Positions 36,552-47,694 of a stretch of 64,000 nt of DNA are shown here, in pieces. Position numbers and translations under genes: made by a program. The DNA is from an uncultured Actinomycetota bacterium (GTDB taxonomy: Bacteria; Actinomycetota; Actinomycetes; CAVWCF01), in the NCBI GenBank assembly GCA_963753435.1, contig CAVWCF010000001.1, positions 128,001 to 192,000 of the forward strand, written 5' to 3'. The notes beneath the pieces are model-generated. The model saw only the letters and a program-made list of their open reading frames with translations, did no database searches and had not been told where the DNA came from. How positions within the stretch are numbered: position 1 is the stretch's first letter; the number at the start of each line of letters is the position of its first letter.

Positions 36552-37094
36552 GTGAGCGTTCAACCCATCAGGTTCTTCGGCGACCCGGTGCTGCGCACTC
36601 CCGCGACCGAGGTAGTCGACTTCGACGCGGAACTGCGCCGGCTGGTTCGCGACCTCACCGACACCATGCTGGAGTCGGCCGGTGTCGGGCTGGCGGCCCC
36701 GCAGATCGGCGTCGGGCTTCGGGTGTTCACTTACAACGTCGAGGGTGTTGTCAGCCACCTGATCAACCCCAGCCTCGACCTCTCCGACGAGACCGCGATC
36801 GATGATGAAGGCTGCCTGTCCTTCCCGGGCCTGTACTACCCGACGCAACGTTCGACGAACGTGATCGCGACCGGATTCGACATGTACGGCGAGCCGGTCC
36901 GGCTTGAAGGCAGCGACCTGCTGGCCAGATGCATCCAGCACGAGACCGATCACCTGGACGGTGTGTTGTTCATCGACCGCCTGGACCGCGACCAGCGCAA
37001 GTTGGCGATGAAGGCCATCCGGGAGTCGGAGTGGTTCGGCGCACCGCCGACGGTGAAGGTGAGCCCGCACCCGACCGGCGGGCTGGCGCTGTAG
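36552..37094 (+). CDS. def: Peptide deformylase
   Basis: GVGLAAPQIG, EGCLS, QHETDHLDG. Confidence 0.97.
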   Translation: MSVQPIRFFGDPVLRTPATEVVDFDAELRRLVRDLTDTMLESAGVGLAAPQIGVGLRVFTYNVEGVVSHLINPSLDLSDETAIDDEGCLSFPGLYYPTQRSTNVIATGFDMYGEPVRLEGSDLLARCIQHETDHLDGVLFIDRLDRDQRKLAMKAIRESEWFGAPPTVKVSPHPTGGLAL

Positions 37095-38021
37095 ATGAGA
37101 TTGCTATTCGCCGGGACCCCTGCGGTTGCCCTGCCTAGCCTCGAGGCGCTGCTGAACAGCCCCCGCCACGAAGTGATTGCGGTGTTGACGAGACCGGACG
37201 CTCCGGCCGGTCGTGGCCGCAAGCTGACGCCGTCGCCAGTGGCGCAGCGCGCGGAGGAGGCCGGCGTCGAAGTGCTCAAGTTCGCCAAGCCCCGCGACCC
37301 CGAATTCCTCGCCCGCCTGTCGGAGTTGGCTCCGGATGCGGCGCCGATCGTCGCCTACGGCGGTCTCATCCCCGCTGCCGCGCTGACCGTGCCGAGGCAC
37401 GGGTGGGTCAACCTGCACTTCTCGCTGCTGCCGGCGTGGCGAGGTGCGGCCCCGGTTCAGCATGCGGTCCTGGCCGGGGATGAGATGACGGGAGCCGCGA
37501 CCTTCCAGTTGGAGGAGGGTCTCGACACCGGGCCGGTGTACGGCGTGGTCACCGAGCCGGTCAATCCGACCGACACCTCCGGGGACCTGCTGCAGCGACT
37601 CGCGGTCAGCGGCGCACAGTTGCTTCGCGCCACCCTCGACGGGATCGAGGACGGCACCCTGGCGCCACAGCCGCAGCCGGCCGACGGGGTTTCGCTGGCA
37701 CCCAAACTCACGCCGGCCGACGCTCAGGTCACTTGGACCGACCCGGCGCTGGCGATCGACCGTCGCATTCGCGCCTGCACGCCTGCCCCCGGGGCCTGGA
37801 CTCTGTTCCGCGGCGACCGCGTGAAATTGGGACCGGTGACTCTCGCTGCCGATGTCGCCCTGCCGCCGGGTCAGGTGCAGGTGTCCGGCTCGGTTCTCGT
37901 CGGCACCGCGACGAGCGCAGTGCGGCTTGGCGAGGTCCAACCGCAGGGCAAGAAGCCGATGCCCGCCACCGACTGGGCCCGGGGGATTCGGATCGAGGCC
38001 GGAGAGCGGTTGGGGCAGTGA
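37095..38021 (+). CDS. fmt: Methionyl-tRNA formyltransferase
   Basis: [26 protein letters not shown]. Confidence 0.98.
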   Translation: MRLLFAGTPAVALPSLEALLNSPRHEVIAVLTRPDAPAGRGRKLTPSPVAQRAEEAGVEVLKFAKPRDPEFLARLSELAPDAAPIVAYGGLIPAAALTVPRHGWVNLHFSLLPAWRGAAPVQHAVLAGDEMTGAATFQLEEGLDTGPVYGVVTEPVNPTDTSGDLLQRLAVSGAQLLRATLDGIEDGTLAPQPQPADGVSLAPKLTPADAQVTWTDPALAIDRRIRACTPAPGAWTLFRGDRVKLGPVTLAADVALPPGQVQVSGSVLVGTATSAVRLGEVQPQGKKPMPATDWARGIRIEAGERLGQ

Positions 38022-39382
38022 CGGCCCGGGGCGGGCATGTCGACGCAGCCCGACGAGTAGCCCTGGACGTCATGTTGGCGGTCGCGGTACGCGACGCGTA
38101 CGCAAACCTCACCCTGCCCGGGGCCATCGCGGCCGCCGGGCTGGACGCTAGAGATGCCGCATTCACGACGGAACTGACCTACGGCGCCCTGCGCATGCGC
38201 GGTTTTCTGGACTTGGTCCTGGACGAATGTGTGGACCGGCCGCTCGCCGACTTGGATCCCGAGGTCCTGGCGGTGCTGCAGTTGGGGTCGCACCAGTTGC
38301 TCAACATGCGGGTGCCCCCGCACGCAGCAGTGTCCACCTCCGTGGATCTGGTCCGGACCGTTCGGGGGCGGGGGCCGTCGGGCCTGGTGAATGCGGTGCT
38401 ACGGCGCGTCGGTGCCACCGACCGAGACGGGTGGATCAAGCGGTTGGCACCGCGAGAGGAAGTGGATCCGCTGGGTCACCTGGCGGTTGCCGAAGCGCAC
38501 CCGCGCTGGATCGTGGAGGCGTTCCACGACGCGCTCGACCAGGACCTGTCCGAGACTCGCGCGGTGCTGCGAGCGAACAACGAGGCGCCGCAGGTCACGC
38601 TGGTCGCTCGCCCCGGCCGGGCTCAACTGGACGACCTCTTGGCCGTGGGTGCGGTGGCTGGGCAGTGGTCCCCCTTCGCTGCGCGCTACAGCGGTGACCT
38701 CAGCGCCGTCCCTGGTTTGGCGGCCGGTGACGTCGGCGTGCAGGACGAGGGTTCGCAGTTGGTGACCATCGCGGCGGCACAGGTTGACGTCGGGCAGGAC
38801 CAACGCTGGCTGGATCTGTGTTCCGGTCCGGGCGGGAAGGCGGCGTTGTGGTCGGGGATCGCCCGCGACCGTGGGGCCGATGTCGTGTGCGCGGAGAAAC
38901 GCGAGCATCGAGCGGCCTTGGTGCGTTCCGCGCTTGGCGGCATCGGGGCGGTCGTGGTCGCCGACGGTCGGTCCGGCCCCTGGCGGCCGGGAACCTTCGA
39001 CCGGGTGCTCGCGGATGTGCCGTGCACTGGACTCGGCGCACTGCGCCGCCGCCCGGAGGCGCGTTGGCGGCGCCATCCCGGCGACGTCGCCACCTTGGGG
39101 CCGCTGCAACGGGGCCTGCTTGCTGCGGCACTCGCGGCCGCCCGGCCCGGCGGCCTGGTCGCCTACGTGACTTGCTCGCCACACCTGGCCGAGACGGTTG
39201 AGGTGGTTAAGGCAGTGCTTGCAGCCCACCCGGGCACCGAGGTGTTGGACGCACGGCCGGCGTTCGGTCCGATTCCACACTTGGGCGATGGTCCCTTCGT
39301 GCAACTGTGGCCGCATCGGCATGGGACCGATGCGATGTTCTGCGCCTTGCTGCAGCGCGGTGGCGCCGAGCCGGACCGGTAG
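38018..39382 (+). CDS. rsmB: RsmB/Fmu RNA cytosine-C5 methyltransferase (NusB-like N-terminus)
   Basis: [35 protein letters not shown]; GTG 38018 overlaps the fmt stop. Confidence 0.92.
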   Translation: MTARGGHVDAARRVALDVMLAVAVRDAYANLTLPGAIAAAGLDARDAAFTTELTYGALRMRGFLDLVLDECVDRPLADLDPEVLAVLQLGSHQLLNMRVPPHAAVSTSVDLVRTVRGRGPSGLVNAVLRRVGATDRDGWIKRLAPREEVDPLGHLAVAEAHPRWIVEAFHDALDQDLSETRAVLRANNEAPQVTLVARPGRAQLDDLLAVGAVAGQWSPFAARYSGDLSAVPGLAAGDVGVQDEGSQLVTIAAAQVDVGQDQRWLDLCSGPGGKAALWSGIARDRGADVVCAEKREHRAALVRSALGGIGAVVVADGRSGPWRPGTFDRVLADVPCTGLGALRRRPEARWRRHPGDVATLGPLQRGLLAAALAAARPGGLVAYVTCSPHLAETVEVVKAVLAAHPGTEVLDARPAFGPIPHLGDGPFVQLWPHRHGTDAMFCALLQRGGAEPDR

Positions 39383-39391
39383 CCTCCGCGC

Positions 39392-40066
39392 GTGGGCGTG
39401 CAGATCTCTCCGAGCATCCTTTCCGCTGATTTCGCGCATCTGGCTGACGAGGTCGCCCGGGTGTCCCAGTCGGCGGACTGGGTGCACGTAGACGTAATGG
39501 ACAACCAGTTCGTCCCCAACCTGACTATCGGCCTGCCGGTGGTGGAGAGCCTGCAGAAATCCTCGAGCCTGCCGTTGGATTGCCATCTGATGATCGCCGA
39601 TCCGGATCGTTGGGCGCCCGGCTATGCCGAGGCCGGAGCTGGTTCGGTGACGTTCCATGTCGAAGCTGCCGCGGCGCCGGTGCGCCTGGCCCGAAACTTG
39701 CGGGGTCTCGGTGCCAGGGCGGGCCTGGCGTTGAAGCCGGCCACGCCGGTGGAGCCCTACGCGGACCTGCTGCCGGAACTGGACATGTTGCTCGTGATGA
39801 CCGTGGAGCCCGGATTTGGTGGCCAGTCCTTCCTCGACGTGTGTCTGCCCAAGGTGCGGCGGGCGCGGGAGCTGATCCGCCGCCACGGCGGTGACGTCTG
39901 GCTGCAGGTGGACGGCGGCGTGTCCGAAACGACCATCGAGCGCTGTGCCGAAGCCGGGGCAGACGTCTTCGTGGCGGGTTCTGCGGTGTACTCAGCTGAC
40001 GATGCCGACGCGATGGTTCGGCACCTGCGTTCGCTTGCGGAACGGGCCACGGCGCAACCGGTCTGA
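39392..40066 (+). CDS. rpe: Ribulose-phosphate 3-epimerase
   Basis: [33 protein letters not shown]. Confidence 0.98.
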   Translation: MGVQISPSILSADFAHLADEVARVSQSADWVHVDVMDNQFVPNLTIGLPVVESLQKSSSLPLDCHLMIADPDRWAPGYAEAGAGSVTFHVEAAAAPVRLARNLRGLGARAGLALKPATPVEPYADLLPELDMLLVMTVEPGFGGQSFLDVCLPKVRRARELIRRHGGDVWLQVDGGVSETTIERCAEAGADVFVAGSAVYSADDADAMVRHLRSLAERATAQPV

Positions 40067-40125
40067 GCTAGCGCCGGGCAGCGCTGTTTCGGTCCCTTTC
40101 GCAGCTCGTGGGACAATCGAGAATC

Positions 40126-41139
40126 GTGTTGACACCCACTGAGACCGCAGCGCTGGATCGCGCCGCAGCGCTAGCGGCGCGCGGGCGCGCAACGGTGTTC
40201 CCCAACCCGCCGGTCGGGTGCGTGGTGCTGGACGCCGACGGGGGACTGGCGGGCTCTGGGTGGCACCGGGAGGCCGGGACGGCTCATGCGGAGGTCCTGG
40301 CCTTGGCCGAGGCCGGCGAGCGAGCCCGGGGCGGCACCGCGGTCGTGACCCTGGAGCCGTGCCAGCACCACGGACGGACGCCGCCGTGCCACTCCGCGCT
40401 CCTGGCTGCGGGTGTCGCGCGAGTGATCTTTGCCGTTGCTGATCCGACGACGGCGGCCGGTGGCGGGGCCAAGGCCCTGGCGGAATCCGGGGTCGAGGTC
40501 GTCGGTCCGATCGGGCACGAACCCAGCCGACGACTCCTCGAGCCCTGGTTGACCGTGCAGCGAACTGGTCGCCCGTACGTGCACTTGAAGGTCGCTGCTT
40601 CGGTTGACGGCCGCGTTGCTGCCGCCGACGGCACCTCCCGCTGGATCAGTTGCGAGGCCAGCCGCCAGGAGGCGCACGCGCTGCGCGCCGACTGCGATGC
40701 GGTCCTGGTCGGTACCGGCACAGTGCTTGCCGACGACCCGGCGCTGACGGTTAGGCATGTTCCGGCGCAGCGACAGCCGCTTCGAGTAATCCTCGGCAAC
40801 CGGGATGTTCCGGCGGCGGCCAAGATCCTCGACACCGCCGCACCGACGGTTCAACTGCGCACGCACAACGTGAAGTCGGCGCTAGCCGACCTGATCGACC
40901 GCGGCGTGGGTTCCGTGCTGCTGGAAGGTGGACCGACTGTGTCCGGCGCGTTCCTGGCCGCCGGTGCCGTGGACCGGGTAACCGTCTTCTCCGCACCGCT
41001 ACTGCTGGGTGCGGGGACTCCGGCGGTGGCCGAAGCGGGCGTGTCGACTCTGCTGGACGGAATCCGATTCGACGTCGATGACGTGCATCGTTGCGGCGAA
41101 GACGTAGTAATCAGCGGGACGATCCGGCGGGCCAACTGA
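40126..41139 (+). CDS. ribD: Bifunctional riboflavin deaminase/reductase
   Basis: PNPPVGC, HAE, TLEPCQHHGRTPPC, LEGGP; start approximate. Confidence 0.96.
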   Translation: MLTPTETAALDRAAALAARGRATVFPNPPVGCVVLDADGGLAGSGWHREAGTAHAEVLALAEAGERARGGTAVVTLEPCQHHGRTPPCHSALLAAGVARVIFAVADPTTAAGGGAKALAESGVEVVGPIGHEPSRRLLEPWLTVQRTGRPYVHLKVAASVDGRVAAADGTSRWISCEASRQEAHALRADCDAVLVGTGTVLADDPALTVRHVPAQRQPLRVILGNRDVPAAAKILDTAAPTVQLRTHNVKSALADLIDRGVGSVLLEGGPTVSGAFLAAGAVDRVTVFSAPLLLGAGTPAVAEAGVSTLLDGIRFDVDDVHRCGEDVVISGTIRRAN

Positions 41140-41729
41140 TGTTCACCGGAATCGTCGAAGAGACCGGAACCGTGGTCTCGGTGCAGCCGAATGGCGATTC
41201 CGTACGTATGACCATTCGCGGCTCCTGCACCGCCGCGGCACCGCCAGGGTCTTCAATAGCTGTCAACGGCGTTTGCCTCACCGTGGCGGACAAACCCGAC
41301 GGTGACGTGGTCATGGACGTGATGGCGCAAACGCTGCGTGCCAGTGGCCTCGGCGACTTGACCGCCGGGTCGCAGGTGAACCTGGAGCGCGCGCTCGCGG
41401 CGGGCGGTCGGTTCGACGGTCACATCGTCCAGGGTCACGTTGACGGCGTCGGCAGGCTGTCGCAGCGGGAAAGCACTGAGCACTGGGACCGGTTGCGTAT
41501 TGACCTGCCGGACGAACTGTCTCGATACGTCGTCGCCAAGGGCTCGATCGCGGTTGACGGGGTGAGCCTGACCGTCTCCGATGTCGGCGTCGGTTGGTTC
41601 GAGGTGAACCTGATTCCGACCACTTTGGCCAACACAACGCTAGGGAGCCTGACCGTCGGCGCATCGGTGAATCTGGAAGTGGACGTGTTGGCCAAGTACG
41701 TCGAGCGGATGCTCGGGGAGCGACCGTGA
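41139..41729 (+). CDS. ribE: Riboflavin synthase (alpha chain)
   Basis: [30 protein letters not shown]. Confidence 0.97.
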   Translation: MFTGIVEETGTVVSVQPNGDSVRMTIRGSCTAAAPPGSSIAVNGVCLTVADKPDGDVVMDVMAQTLRASGLGDLTAGSQVNLERALAAGGRFDGHIVQGHVDGVGRLSQRESTEHWDRLRIDLPDELSRYVVAKGSIAVDGVSLTVSDVGVGWFEVNLIPTTLANTTLGSLTVGASVNLEVDVLAKYVERMLGERP

Positions 41730-43057
41730 AGGCCTGGAACGCACCGGCGTCGGCACCGCGGGTAATCGGAGACCCGGCCGCGCCCTCGGGTGCCCCCGCA
41801 GCCGCTACGGACGTGCCAGCTGAGTTTGAGTTCGACACGATTGAGCGCGCTGTCGTCGAATTGGCGGCGGGCCGCCCCGTGGTCGTCGTCGACGATGAGG
41901 ACCGGGAAAACGAGGGCGACCTCGTATTCGCGGCGTCCAAGGCAACGCCGGAGTTGCTCACCTTCATGATCCGGCACACGTCCGGGGTCGTATGCGTCCC
42001 GATGGAGGGCGAGGACCTGGATCGGTTGGCCTTGCCGCCGATGACCTCGGTCAACGAAGACCGCAAGCAGACCGCTTACTCGGTGAGCGTCGATGCCCGT
42101 GACGGAATCAGCACCGGGATCTCAGCTGCGGACCGGGCGCGCACGATTCGCGTGCTGGTGGACTCGGCAACCGAGCCGTACGAGTTGACTCGCCCCGGAC
42201 ACGTCTTCCCGCTACGGGCGGTTGAGGGTGGCGTGCTGCGCCGGCCCGGGCACACCGAGGCCGCTGTCGACTTGGCCCGCTCAGCCGGCCTGACGCCGGC
42301 GGGGGTCATCTGCGAAATCGTCAACGACGATGGCAGCATGGCCAGGCTGCCGCAGTTGGTTGCGTTCGCCCAGCGTCATGACCTGGCGTTCATCAGCATC
42401 GCCGACCTGATTGCGCACCGGCGACGCACGGAGCGCACGGTGGTGCGCGAGGCGGAGACCCTGATCCCGACTCGGCACGGGCAGTTCCTCGCAGTCGGCT
42501 ACCGCTCCACGCTCGACGGCGTCGAGCACGTGGCGCTCGTGGCTGGGGATATCGGGGACGGTTCGGATGTCCTGGTGCGAGTGCACTCCGAATGCCTCAC
42601 AGGTGACGTGTTCGGCTCGCAGCGCTGCGACTGCGGACCACAGTTGGACGCGGCCATCGCAGCCGTGGCTGCCGAGGGTCGCGGGGTGGTCCTGTACATC
42701 CGGGGCCACGAAGGCCGCGGCATTGGGCTATTGCACAAACTGCGGGCATACCAGCTGCAGGATTCCGGGGCGGACACCGTTGATGCGAACCTGCAACTTG
42801 GCCTGCCCGCTGACGCTCGCGACTACGGCACCGGGGCGCAGATCCTTGCCGACCTAGGGGTGCACTCGATGCGGCTGCTGACCAACAACCCCGCCAAGCG
42901 CGCTGGTCTGGAGGGGTACGGGCTAACCATCTCCCAGCGCGTGCCCCTGACCGCTGGGGCGACCGAACACAACGTTCGCTACCTGGCCACCAAACGGGAC
43001 CGTATGGGTCATCACCTGCCCGGCGACGAGGTGCAGCCAGAGAGCAGCCCGACGTGA
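41726..43057 (+). CDS. ribBA: Bifunctional DHBP synthase / GTP cyclohydrolase II
   Basis: [30 protein letters not shown]; start uncertain (GTG 41726 or 41813). Confidence 0.96.
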   Translation: MKAWNAPASAPRVIGDPAAPSGAPAAATDVPAEFEFDTIERAVVELAAGRPVVVVDDEDRENEGDLVFAASKATPELLTFMIRHTSGVVCVPMEGEDLDRLALPPMTSVNEDRKQTAYSVSVDARDGISTGISAADRARTIRVLVDSATEPYELTRPGHVFPLRAVEGGVLRRPGHTEAAVDLARSAGLTPAGVICEIVNDDGSMARLPQLVAFAQRHDLAFISIADLIAHRRRTERTVVREAETLIPTRHGQFLAVGYRSTLDGVEHVALVAGDIGDGSDVLVRVHSECLTGDVFGSQRCDCGPQLDAAIAAVAAEGRGVVLYIRGHEGRGIGLLHKLRAYQLQDSGADTVDANLQLGLPADARDYGTGAQILADLGVHSMRLLTNNPAKRAGLEGYGLTISQRVPLTAGATEHNVRYLATKRDRMGHHLPGDEVQPESSPT

Positions 43058-43527
43058 GCGGCGCCGGAGCGCCGGTGGCCGGCGGGTTGAACGGTGGGCA
43101 GTTGCGGGTGGCCGTCGTTGCGGCCCAATGGCACACAGAGGTCATGGATGGACTTATCGCCGGGGCCCAACGCGCACTGGCCGCCGCCGGCGTGGCCGAA
43201 GTCAGCCTTGTTCGCGTTCCGGGCTCCTTCGAGTTGCCGCTGGTGGCGGCGACCCTGGCCGACTCGGTGGATGCGGTGGTCGCCCTGGGCGTGGTGATCC
43301 GTGGCGGTACCCCGCACTTCGAGTACGTGTGCGCAGCGGCCGCCGATGGCCTGGCGCGGGTGGCGCTGGACACCCGTACGCCCGTTGGGTTCGGGCTGCT
43401 CACTTGCGACAACGAGGCCCAAGCCCTCGACCGCGCCGGTCTGCCCGGGTCGGCGGAAGACAAGGGCGCCGAGGCCGCCAACGCGGCAGTGGCGACGGCG
43501 CTGGTGCTGCAACAACTGACCGAGTGA
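43054..43527 (+). CDS. ribH: 6,7-dimethyl-8-ribityllumazine synthase
   Basis: [28 protein letters not shown]. Confidence 0.97.
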   Translation: MSGAGAPVAGGLNGGQLRVAVVAAQWHTEVMDGLIAGAQRALAAAGVAEVSLVRVPGSFELPLVAATLADSVDAVVALGVVIRGGTPHFEYVCAAAADGLARVALDTRTPVGFGLLTCDNEAQALDRAGLPGSAEDKGAEAANAAVATALVLQQLTE

Positions 43528-43602
43528 GCCGTCGCGGCCCTCGCCACCGGACCAGAGTTGCCCCGCCCGTAGGCTGCGGTCGCCCGCCAGCCTTGGAGAG
43601 TC

Positions 43603-43866
43603 ATGAAGACGTTCGATGAACTGTTCCGAGAGGTGTCGCAACGCGCCGTCGCTCGGCCGGACGGTTCGGTGACCGTGCGGCTGCTCGACGCCGGCGTCCA
43701 CGAGATCGGCAAGAAGCTCGTCGAGGAGGCCGCGGAATCCTGGATGGCCGCCGAGCACGAGGGATCTGAGCGGACCGCGGAGGAACTGGCCCAACTGCTG
43801 TACCACGCACAGGTTCTTATGGTGGCCACCGGTTTGTCCCTCGATGACGTCTACGCGAGGCTCTGA
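43603..43866 (+). CDS. hisE: Phosphoribosyl-ATP pyrophosphatase
   Basis: [29 protein letters not shown]. Confidence 0.96.
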   Translation: MKTFDELFREVSQRAVARPDGSVTVRLLDAGVHEIGKKLVEEAAESWMAAEHEGSERTAEELAQLLYHAQVLMVATGLSLDDVYARL

Positions 43867-44715
43867 ATGCTGACAGTTGCCGTACCCAACAAGGGTTCGC
43901 TGGCCGCTGAGGCCAGCGAAATGCTGCGTGAAGCCGGGTACCGCCAGCGCACCGATTCCCGCGAGTTGGTGCTGCGCGACCCGGACAACGACACGGAGTT
44001 CTTCTTCCTCCGGCCGCGGGACATCGCCACGTACGTGGGGTCCGGTCGGTTGGAGGTCGGGATCACCGGGCGAGACCTGTTGCTGGACTCGCGCGCGGAG
44101 GCACGGGAGATCCTGACCCTGGGATTCGGGGCTTCCACATTTCGTTTCGCTTCCGCCGGTGGGCAGATCACGTCCGTGGCGGAGTTGACGGGTCAGCGGA
44201 TCGCTACTTCATACCCTGGTCTGGTCGAATCCCACCTGTCCTCGTTGGGTGTCACCGGGACGGACGTCATCCGGCTCGACGGTGCCGTGGAGACCGCGGT
44301 GCGCCTGGGGGTGGCCGACGTGATCGCCGACGTTGTCGCTACCGGTACCACGCTGCGGCAGGCGGGCCTGGAGCCCTTTGGGGATCCGATCCTGCAGTCC
44401 GAAGCGGTGCTGATCCGACGCTGGGACGCCGATACCGATCCCCAGGTCGATCAGTTGATGCGCCGCATGCAGGGCGTGAAGGTTGCCCGCACGTACGTGA
44501 TGATGGATTACGACGTACCCGCCGATTTGGTCGATGCTGCAGTGGCGCTGACCCCAGGCATCGAGTCGCCCACGGTTTCACCACTGCACCGGGAGGGCTG
44601 GGTAGCTGTCCGGGCGATGGTCCCGCGGGCGCAGACGAATCGGGTGATGGACGCGCTATGGGACGTGGGTGCCCGCGGCATCCTCGTCACCGACATTCAC
44701 GCCTGCCGGCTGTGA
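43867..44715 (+). CDS. hisG: ATP phosphoribosyltransferase (long form)
   Basis: AVPNKGSL, RPRDI, DGAVE...IADVVATGTTL, C-terminal regulatory domain. Confidence 0.97.
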   Translation: MLTVAVPNKGSLAAEASEMLREAGYRQRTDSRELVLRDPDNDTEFFFLRPRDIATYVGSGRLEVGITGRDLLLDSRAEAREILTLGFGASTFRFASAGGQITSVAELTGQRIATSYPGLVESHLSSLGVTGTDVIRLDGAVETAVRLGVADVIADVVATGTTLRQAGLEPFGDPILQSEAVLIRRWDADTDPQVDQLMRRMQGVKVARTYVMMDYDVPADLVDAAVALTPGIESPTVSPLHREGWVAVRAMVPRAQTNRVMDALWDVGARGILVTDIHACRL

Positions 44716-45473
44716 CCTCCGGCCCCGCGGACGCCAGGCCCGAGAACTCCAGCTCACCGCCGAGGTTCGCCGGGGCGCATCTGACCGGGTCCGCGTTCCC
44801 CGACGATGACGGGACCGCCGACCCGGCTGTTGCGCTCGCGCTTGCTGAGCACGCCGCGGGCGGGCCGGCTCGCTCCGTTCAACAGGCCCTGCTTGGCACC
44901 CGGTTGCTCGTGCCCGTGGTCGCGATGCTGGAGGAGTCGGAGGTCTCGGCGACGGGAGTGACGGTCGACAAGCAGTCCTCGATGGCGACCGTTACCGTCC
45001 TCGGCACCAGCGGCAAGTCCGCGGTACCGGTGTTCACCTCGATGGCGACGATGGTCGCCTGGCGGCCCGATGCCCGTCCCAGTGCGGTGTCGGCGGAGTA
45101 CGCCGCAGCGGCCGCGCTCCAGGACGCCGACGCGCTGCTCATCGACCCGGCGGGGCCGCATCGCCTGGTCTTGGCCGGGGCCGGTTTGCGCGCCCTCGCC
45201 GCTGGCCGGGCCTGGCTACCCCTACCTGAGGACGCCGACTTGGCCCGCGAGTTGAACGAGGTAGTCGCCGACCTCGGCGTCGAGGTATTGGTCGTGGCAA
45301 CCACCAGCGCCAACGACGACGCGGACTTGGTGGTGGTCCAAGGCGCTGCGTCCGAAGCTAAAGCCGAAGCCGAAGCGACTGTCATCACGCAACGAATCGT
45401 GCAGTTGCCGGCGCTGCGGGAACGTGTGGAGCGCGGAGTGCGAATTCGGTTCGAACGACACGCGGGGCAGTGA
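44712..45473 (+). CDS. SseB family protein
   Basis: DDDGTADP, RLLVPVVA, VPVFTS...W...ARP pattern typical of the actinobacterial SseB-like gene upstream of infC. Confidence 0.78.
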   Translation: MTSGPADARPENSSSPPRFAGAHLTGSAFPDDDGTADPAVALALAEHAAGGPARSVQQALLGTRLLVPVVAMLEESEVSATGVTVDKQSSMATVTVLGTSGKSAVPVFTSMATMVAWRPDARPSAVSAEYAAAAALQDADALLIDPAGPHRLVLAGAGLRALAAGRAWLPLPEDADLARELNEVVADLGVEVLVVATTSANDDADLVVVQGAASEAKAEAEATVITQRIVQLPALRERVERGVRIRFERHAGQ

Positions 45474-45524
45474 TGTTCGACTACAGCTACGAGGACCGCC
45501 ACGCTGCTCGCTGAGGAGGCTGTC

Positions 45525-46238
45525 ATGGGTCGCAAGGTTGCAGCGGAGTTCATCGGCACGTTCATCCTGGTGTTCGTCGCGGTCGGGACCGCGGTGTTCG
45601 CCATCGACGCGTCCACCGGGGTCGGCAAGGTCGGGGTGGCCCTGGCGTTCGGGTTCGTCCTGGTGGCCCTCGTGTACGCGATCGGCTCCGCCTCCGGCTG
45701 TCACATCAACCCGGCAGTCACGATCGGGGCGTTCCTGTCGCGGCGCATGGAATCCGGTGAGGTGCTGCCGTACCTGCTGGCGCAGTTCGCCGGGGGCATC
45801 CTGGGCGCCTTGCTCATCCAGGTCATCGTGAACGCCGGAGTTGTCGACCAGACGGGCGCGCTCGGCACCAATGCGTTCGACACCCCGGGAAATCCGATCT
45901 CGCTGGCTGGGGCGCTGCTGGCCGAGATCCTGCTGACCGCGATCTTCGTCCTGGTGGTGCTCCTGGTCACCCAAGACGGTGGATCGCATCCGGCCGCCAC
46001 CGGTCTGGCAATCGGCGCAGCCCTCTTCATCGTGCACCTGGTCGGGATAAACCTCACCGGGACCTCGGTGAACCCGGCTCGTAGTTTCGGGCCGGCCCTG
46101 GTCGAGGGCGGCGAGGCGCTGAAGCAGGTTTGGCTGTTCATCGTGGCGCCGCTGATCGGGGGAGTGCTGGCGGGGATCGTTGCCCCGTTCCTGAAGGATG
46201 ACGACTTCAGCGCGGTCGGTGGCGCCCGCAGCAACTGA
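45525..46238 (+). CDS. Aquaporin (MIP family, AqpZ-like)
   Basis: AEFIGT, SGCHINPAVT and GTSVNPARS (two NPA motifs), about 6 TM helices. Confidence 0.95.
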   Translation: MGRKVAAEFIGTFILVFVAVGTAVFAIDASTGVGKVGVALAFGFVLVALVYAIGSASGCHINPAVTIGAFLSRRMESGEVLPYLLAQFAGGILGALLIQVIVNAGVVDQTGALGTNAFDTPGNPISLAGALLAEILLTAIFVLVVLLVTQDGGSHPAATGLAIGAALFIVHLVGINLTGTSVNPARSFGPALVEGGEALKQVWLFIVAPLIGGVLAGIVAPFLKDDDFSAVGGARSN

Positions 46239-46284
46239 ATCCCTGGATTTCGCTGGGGTCCCGCCCGGCTGGTATCTTTCGGCC

Positions 46285-46460
46285 GCGCCCCTCTCCAGAG
46301 AGGCGCTCACGAAGCGGAGTTCGACTCCCACCTGGCGGCGCTCAGCCGTTCGGGTCAGCGCACCGAAAGGTGCTGAGTCGGCCTTCGCTCGTGCCCGAGC
46401 GCGGGCCGTTTCCATTTGGCCCAACGGTTGGGAACTGAAGCCGGCCAACTAGGAGGACCC
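46285..46460 (+). promoter_or_regulatory. Structured 5' leader of infC-rpmI-rplT (candidate L20 autoregulatory RNA)
   Basis: -10 TATCTT 46273-46278; hairpins at 46285-46306, 46355-46376 (GAAA loop) and 46380-46407; GAAGCGG 46311-17 can pair with CCGTTTC 46406-12. Confidence 0.6.
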
Positions 46461-47069
46461 ATCAGCATCGAGCCCCGCATTAACGACCGGATCCGCGTTC
46501 CCGAGGTTCGCCTCGTCGGACCGAACGGCGAACAGGTTGGCATCGTGCGTGTCGAGGACGCGCTACGGCTGGCCCAGGAGGCTGACCTCGATCTCGTCGA
46601 GGTGTCCCCAGATTCTCGCCCCCCGGTGTGCAAGCTCATGGACTACGGCAAGTTCAAGTACGAGTCGGCCATGAAGGCGCGCGAATCGCGGAAGAACCAG
46701 GCGCAGACAGTGATCAAGGAGATCAAGCTGCGTCCGAAGATCGACCCGCACGACTACGAGACCAAGAAGGGTCACGTGGTTCGGTTCTTGAAGCAGGGCG
46801 ACAAGGTGAAGGTCACCATCATGTTCCGCGGCCGGGAGCAGTCGCGGCCGGAGTTGGGTTTCCGGCTGCTGCAGCGGCTGGCCGAGGACGTGGCCGAACT
46901 GGGCAGCGTCGAGTCGGCGCCGAAGCAGGACGGCCGGAACATGATCATGGTGTTGGGGCCACACAAGAAGAAGTCCGAAGCGATGGCCGAGGCCAAGGCT
47001 GAGCGCGAAGAGCGTCGTCGGCTTCGGGACGAAGAGCGCAGCGGAGTCGCCGACTCCGCGTCCGCCTGA
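46461..47069 (+). CDS. infC: Translation initiation factor IF-3 (non-canonical ATC start)
   Basis: AGGAGG SD 46451-56, then ATC AGC ATC GAG CCC; [31 protein letters not shown]. Confidence 0.96.
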   Translation: MSIEPRINDRIRVPEVRLVGPNGEQVGIVRVEDALRLAQEADLDLVEVSPDSRPPVCKLMDYGKFKYESAMKARESRKNQAQTVIKEIKLRPKIDPHDYETKKGHVVRFLKQGDKVKVTIMFRGREQSRPELGFRLLQRLAEDVAELGSVESAPKQDGRNMIMVLGPHKKKSEAMAEAKAEREERRRLRDEERSGVADSASA

Positions 47070-47086
47070 TCCGAGAGAGGTACGAA

Positions 47087-47281
47087 ATGCCGAAGATGAA
47101 GACCCACAGCGGAGCCAAGAAGCGCTTCCGCGTCACGGGATCCGGGCGGATCATGCGGGAACGTGCCAACCGCCGCCACCTGCTCGAAGGCAAGTCGAGC
47201 AAGCGCACCCGGCGCCTGGCCGTGGATGTGGAAATGGCTCCGGCCGACGTCAAGACCGTCAAGAAGCTGCTGGGCCGCTGA
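47087..47281 (+). CDS. rpmI: 50S ribosomal protein L35
   Basis: [20 protein letters not shown]. Confidence 0.98.
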   Translation: MPKMKTHSGAKKRFRVTGSGRIMRERANRRHLLEGKSSKRTRRLAVDVEMAPADVKTVKKLLGR

Positions 47282-47311
47282 CGCCCGCTTGAGAACTACT
47301 GAGGAGATCAA

Positions 47312-47692
47312 ATGGCACGCGTCAAGCGGGCAGTCAATGCCAAGAAGAAGCGCCGCGAGGTCCTGGACGAGGCCAAGGGGTACCGGGGGCAGCGCTCCCG
47401 GCTCTACCGCAAGGCCAAGGAGCAGGTAACCCACTCCGGCGTCTACAGCTACGCCCACCGTCGCGCCCGCAAGGGTGATTTCCGGCGGCTCTGGATCCAG
47501 CGCATCAACGCTGCCGCCCGGGCCAACGGCATGACGTACAACCGGTTCATCCAGGGCTTGGGCCTGGCCGGTATCGACGTCGATCGCCGCATGTTGGCCG
47601 AGTTGGCGGTGAACGACCCGGCGGCTTTCGCCAGCCTGGTCGAGGTCGCCGGCAGCGCACTTCCGGCTGACCGGAACGCGCCGGTCGCCTGA
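47312..47692 (+). CDS. rplT: 50S ribosomal protein L20
   Basis: [22 protein letters not shown]. Confidence 0.98.
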   Translation: MARVKRAVNAKKKRREVLDEAKGYRGQRSRLYRKAKEQVTHSGVYSYAHRRARKGDFRRLWIQRINAAARANGMTYNRFIQGLGLAGIDVDRRMLAELAVNDPAAFASLVEVAGSALPADRNAPVA

Positions 47693-47694
47693 TC

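Noticed and set aside
46311-46332. GGAGTTCGACTCC resembling a tRNA T-arm
   Set aside because: No D arm, anticodon arm or acceptor stem can be folded. It is better explained as a hairpin of the infC leader.
46416-46460. TTG 46416 as the infC start, and the similarly extended track starts for trpA, VIT1, gltB, rsmB, argJ and ribBA
   Set aside because: These are longest-ORF artefacts. SD position, stop/start overlaps and family N-termini support the later starts given in the features.
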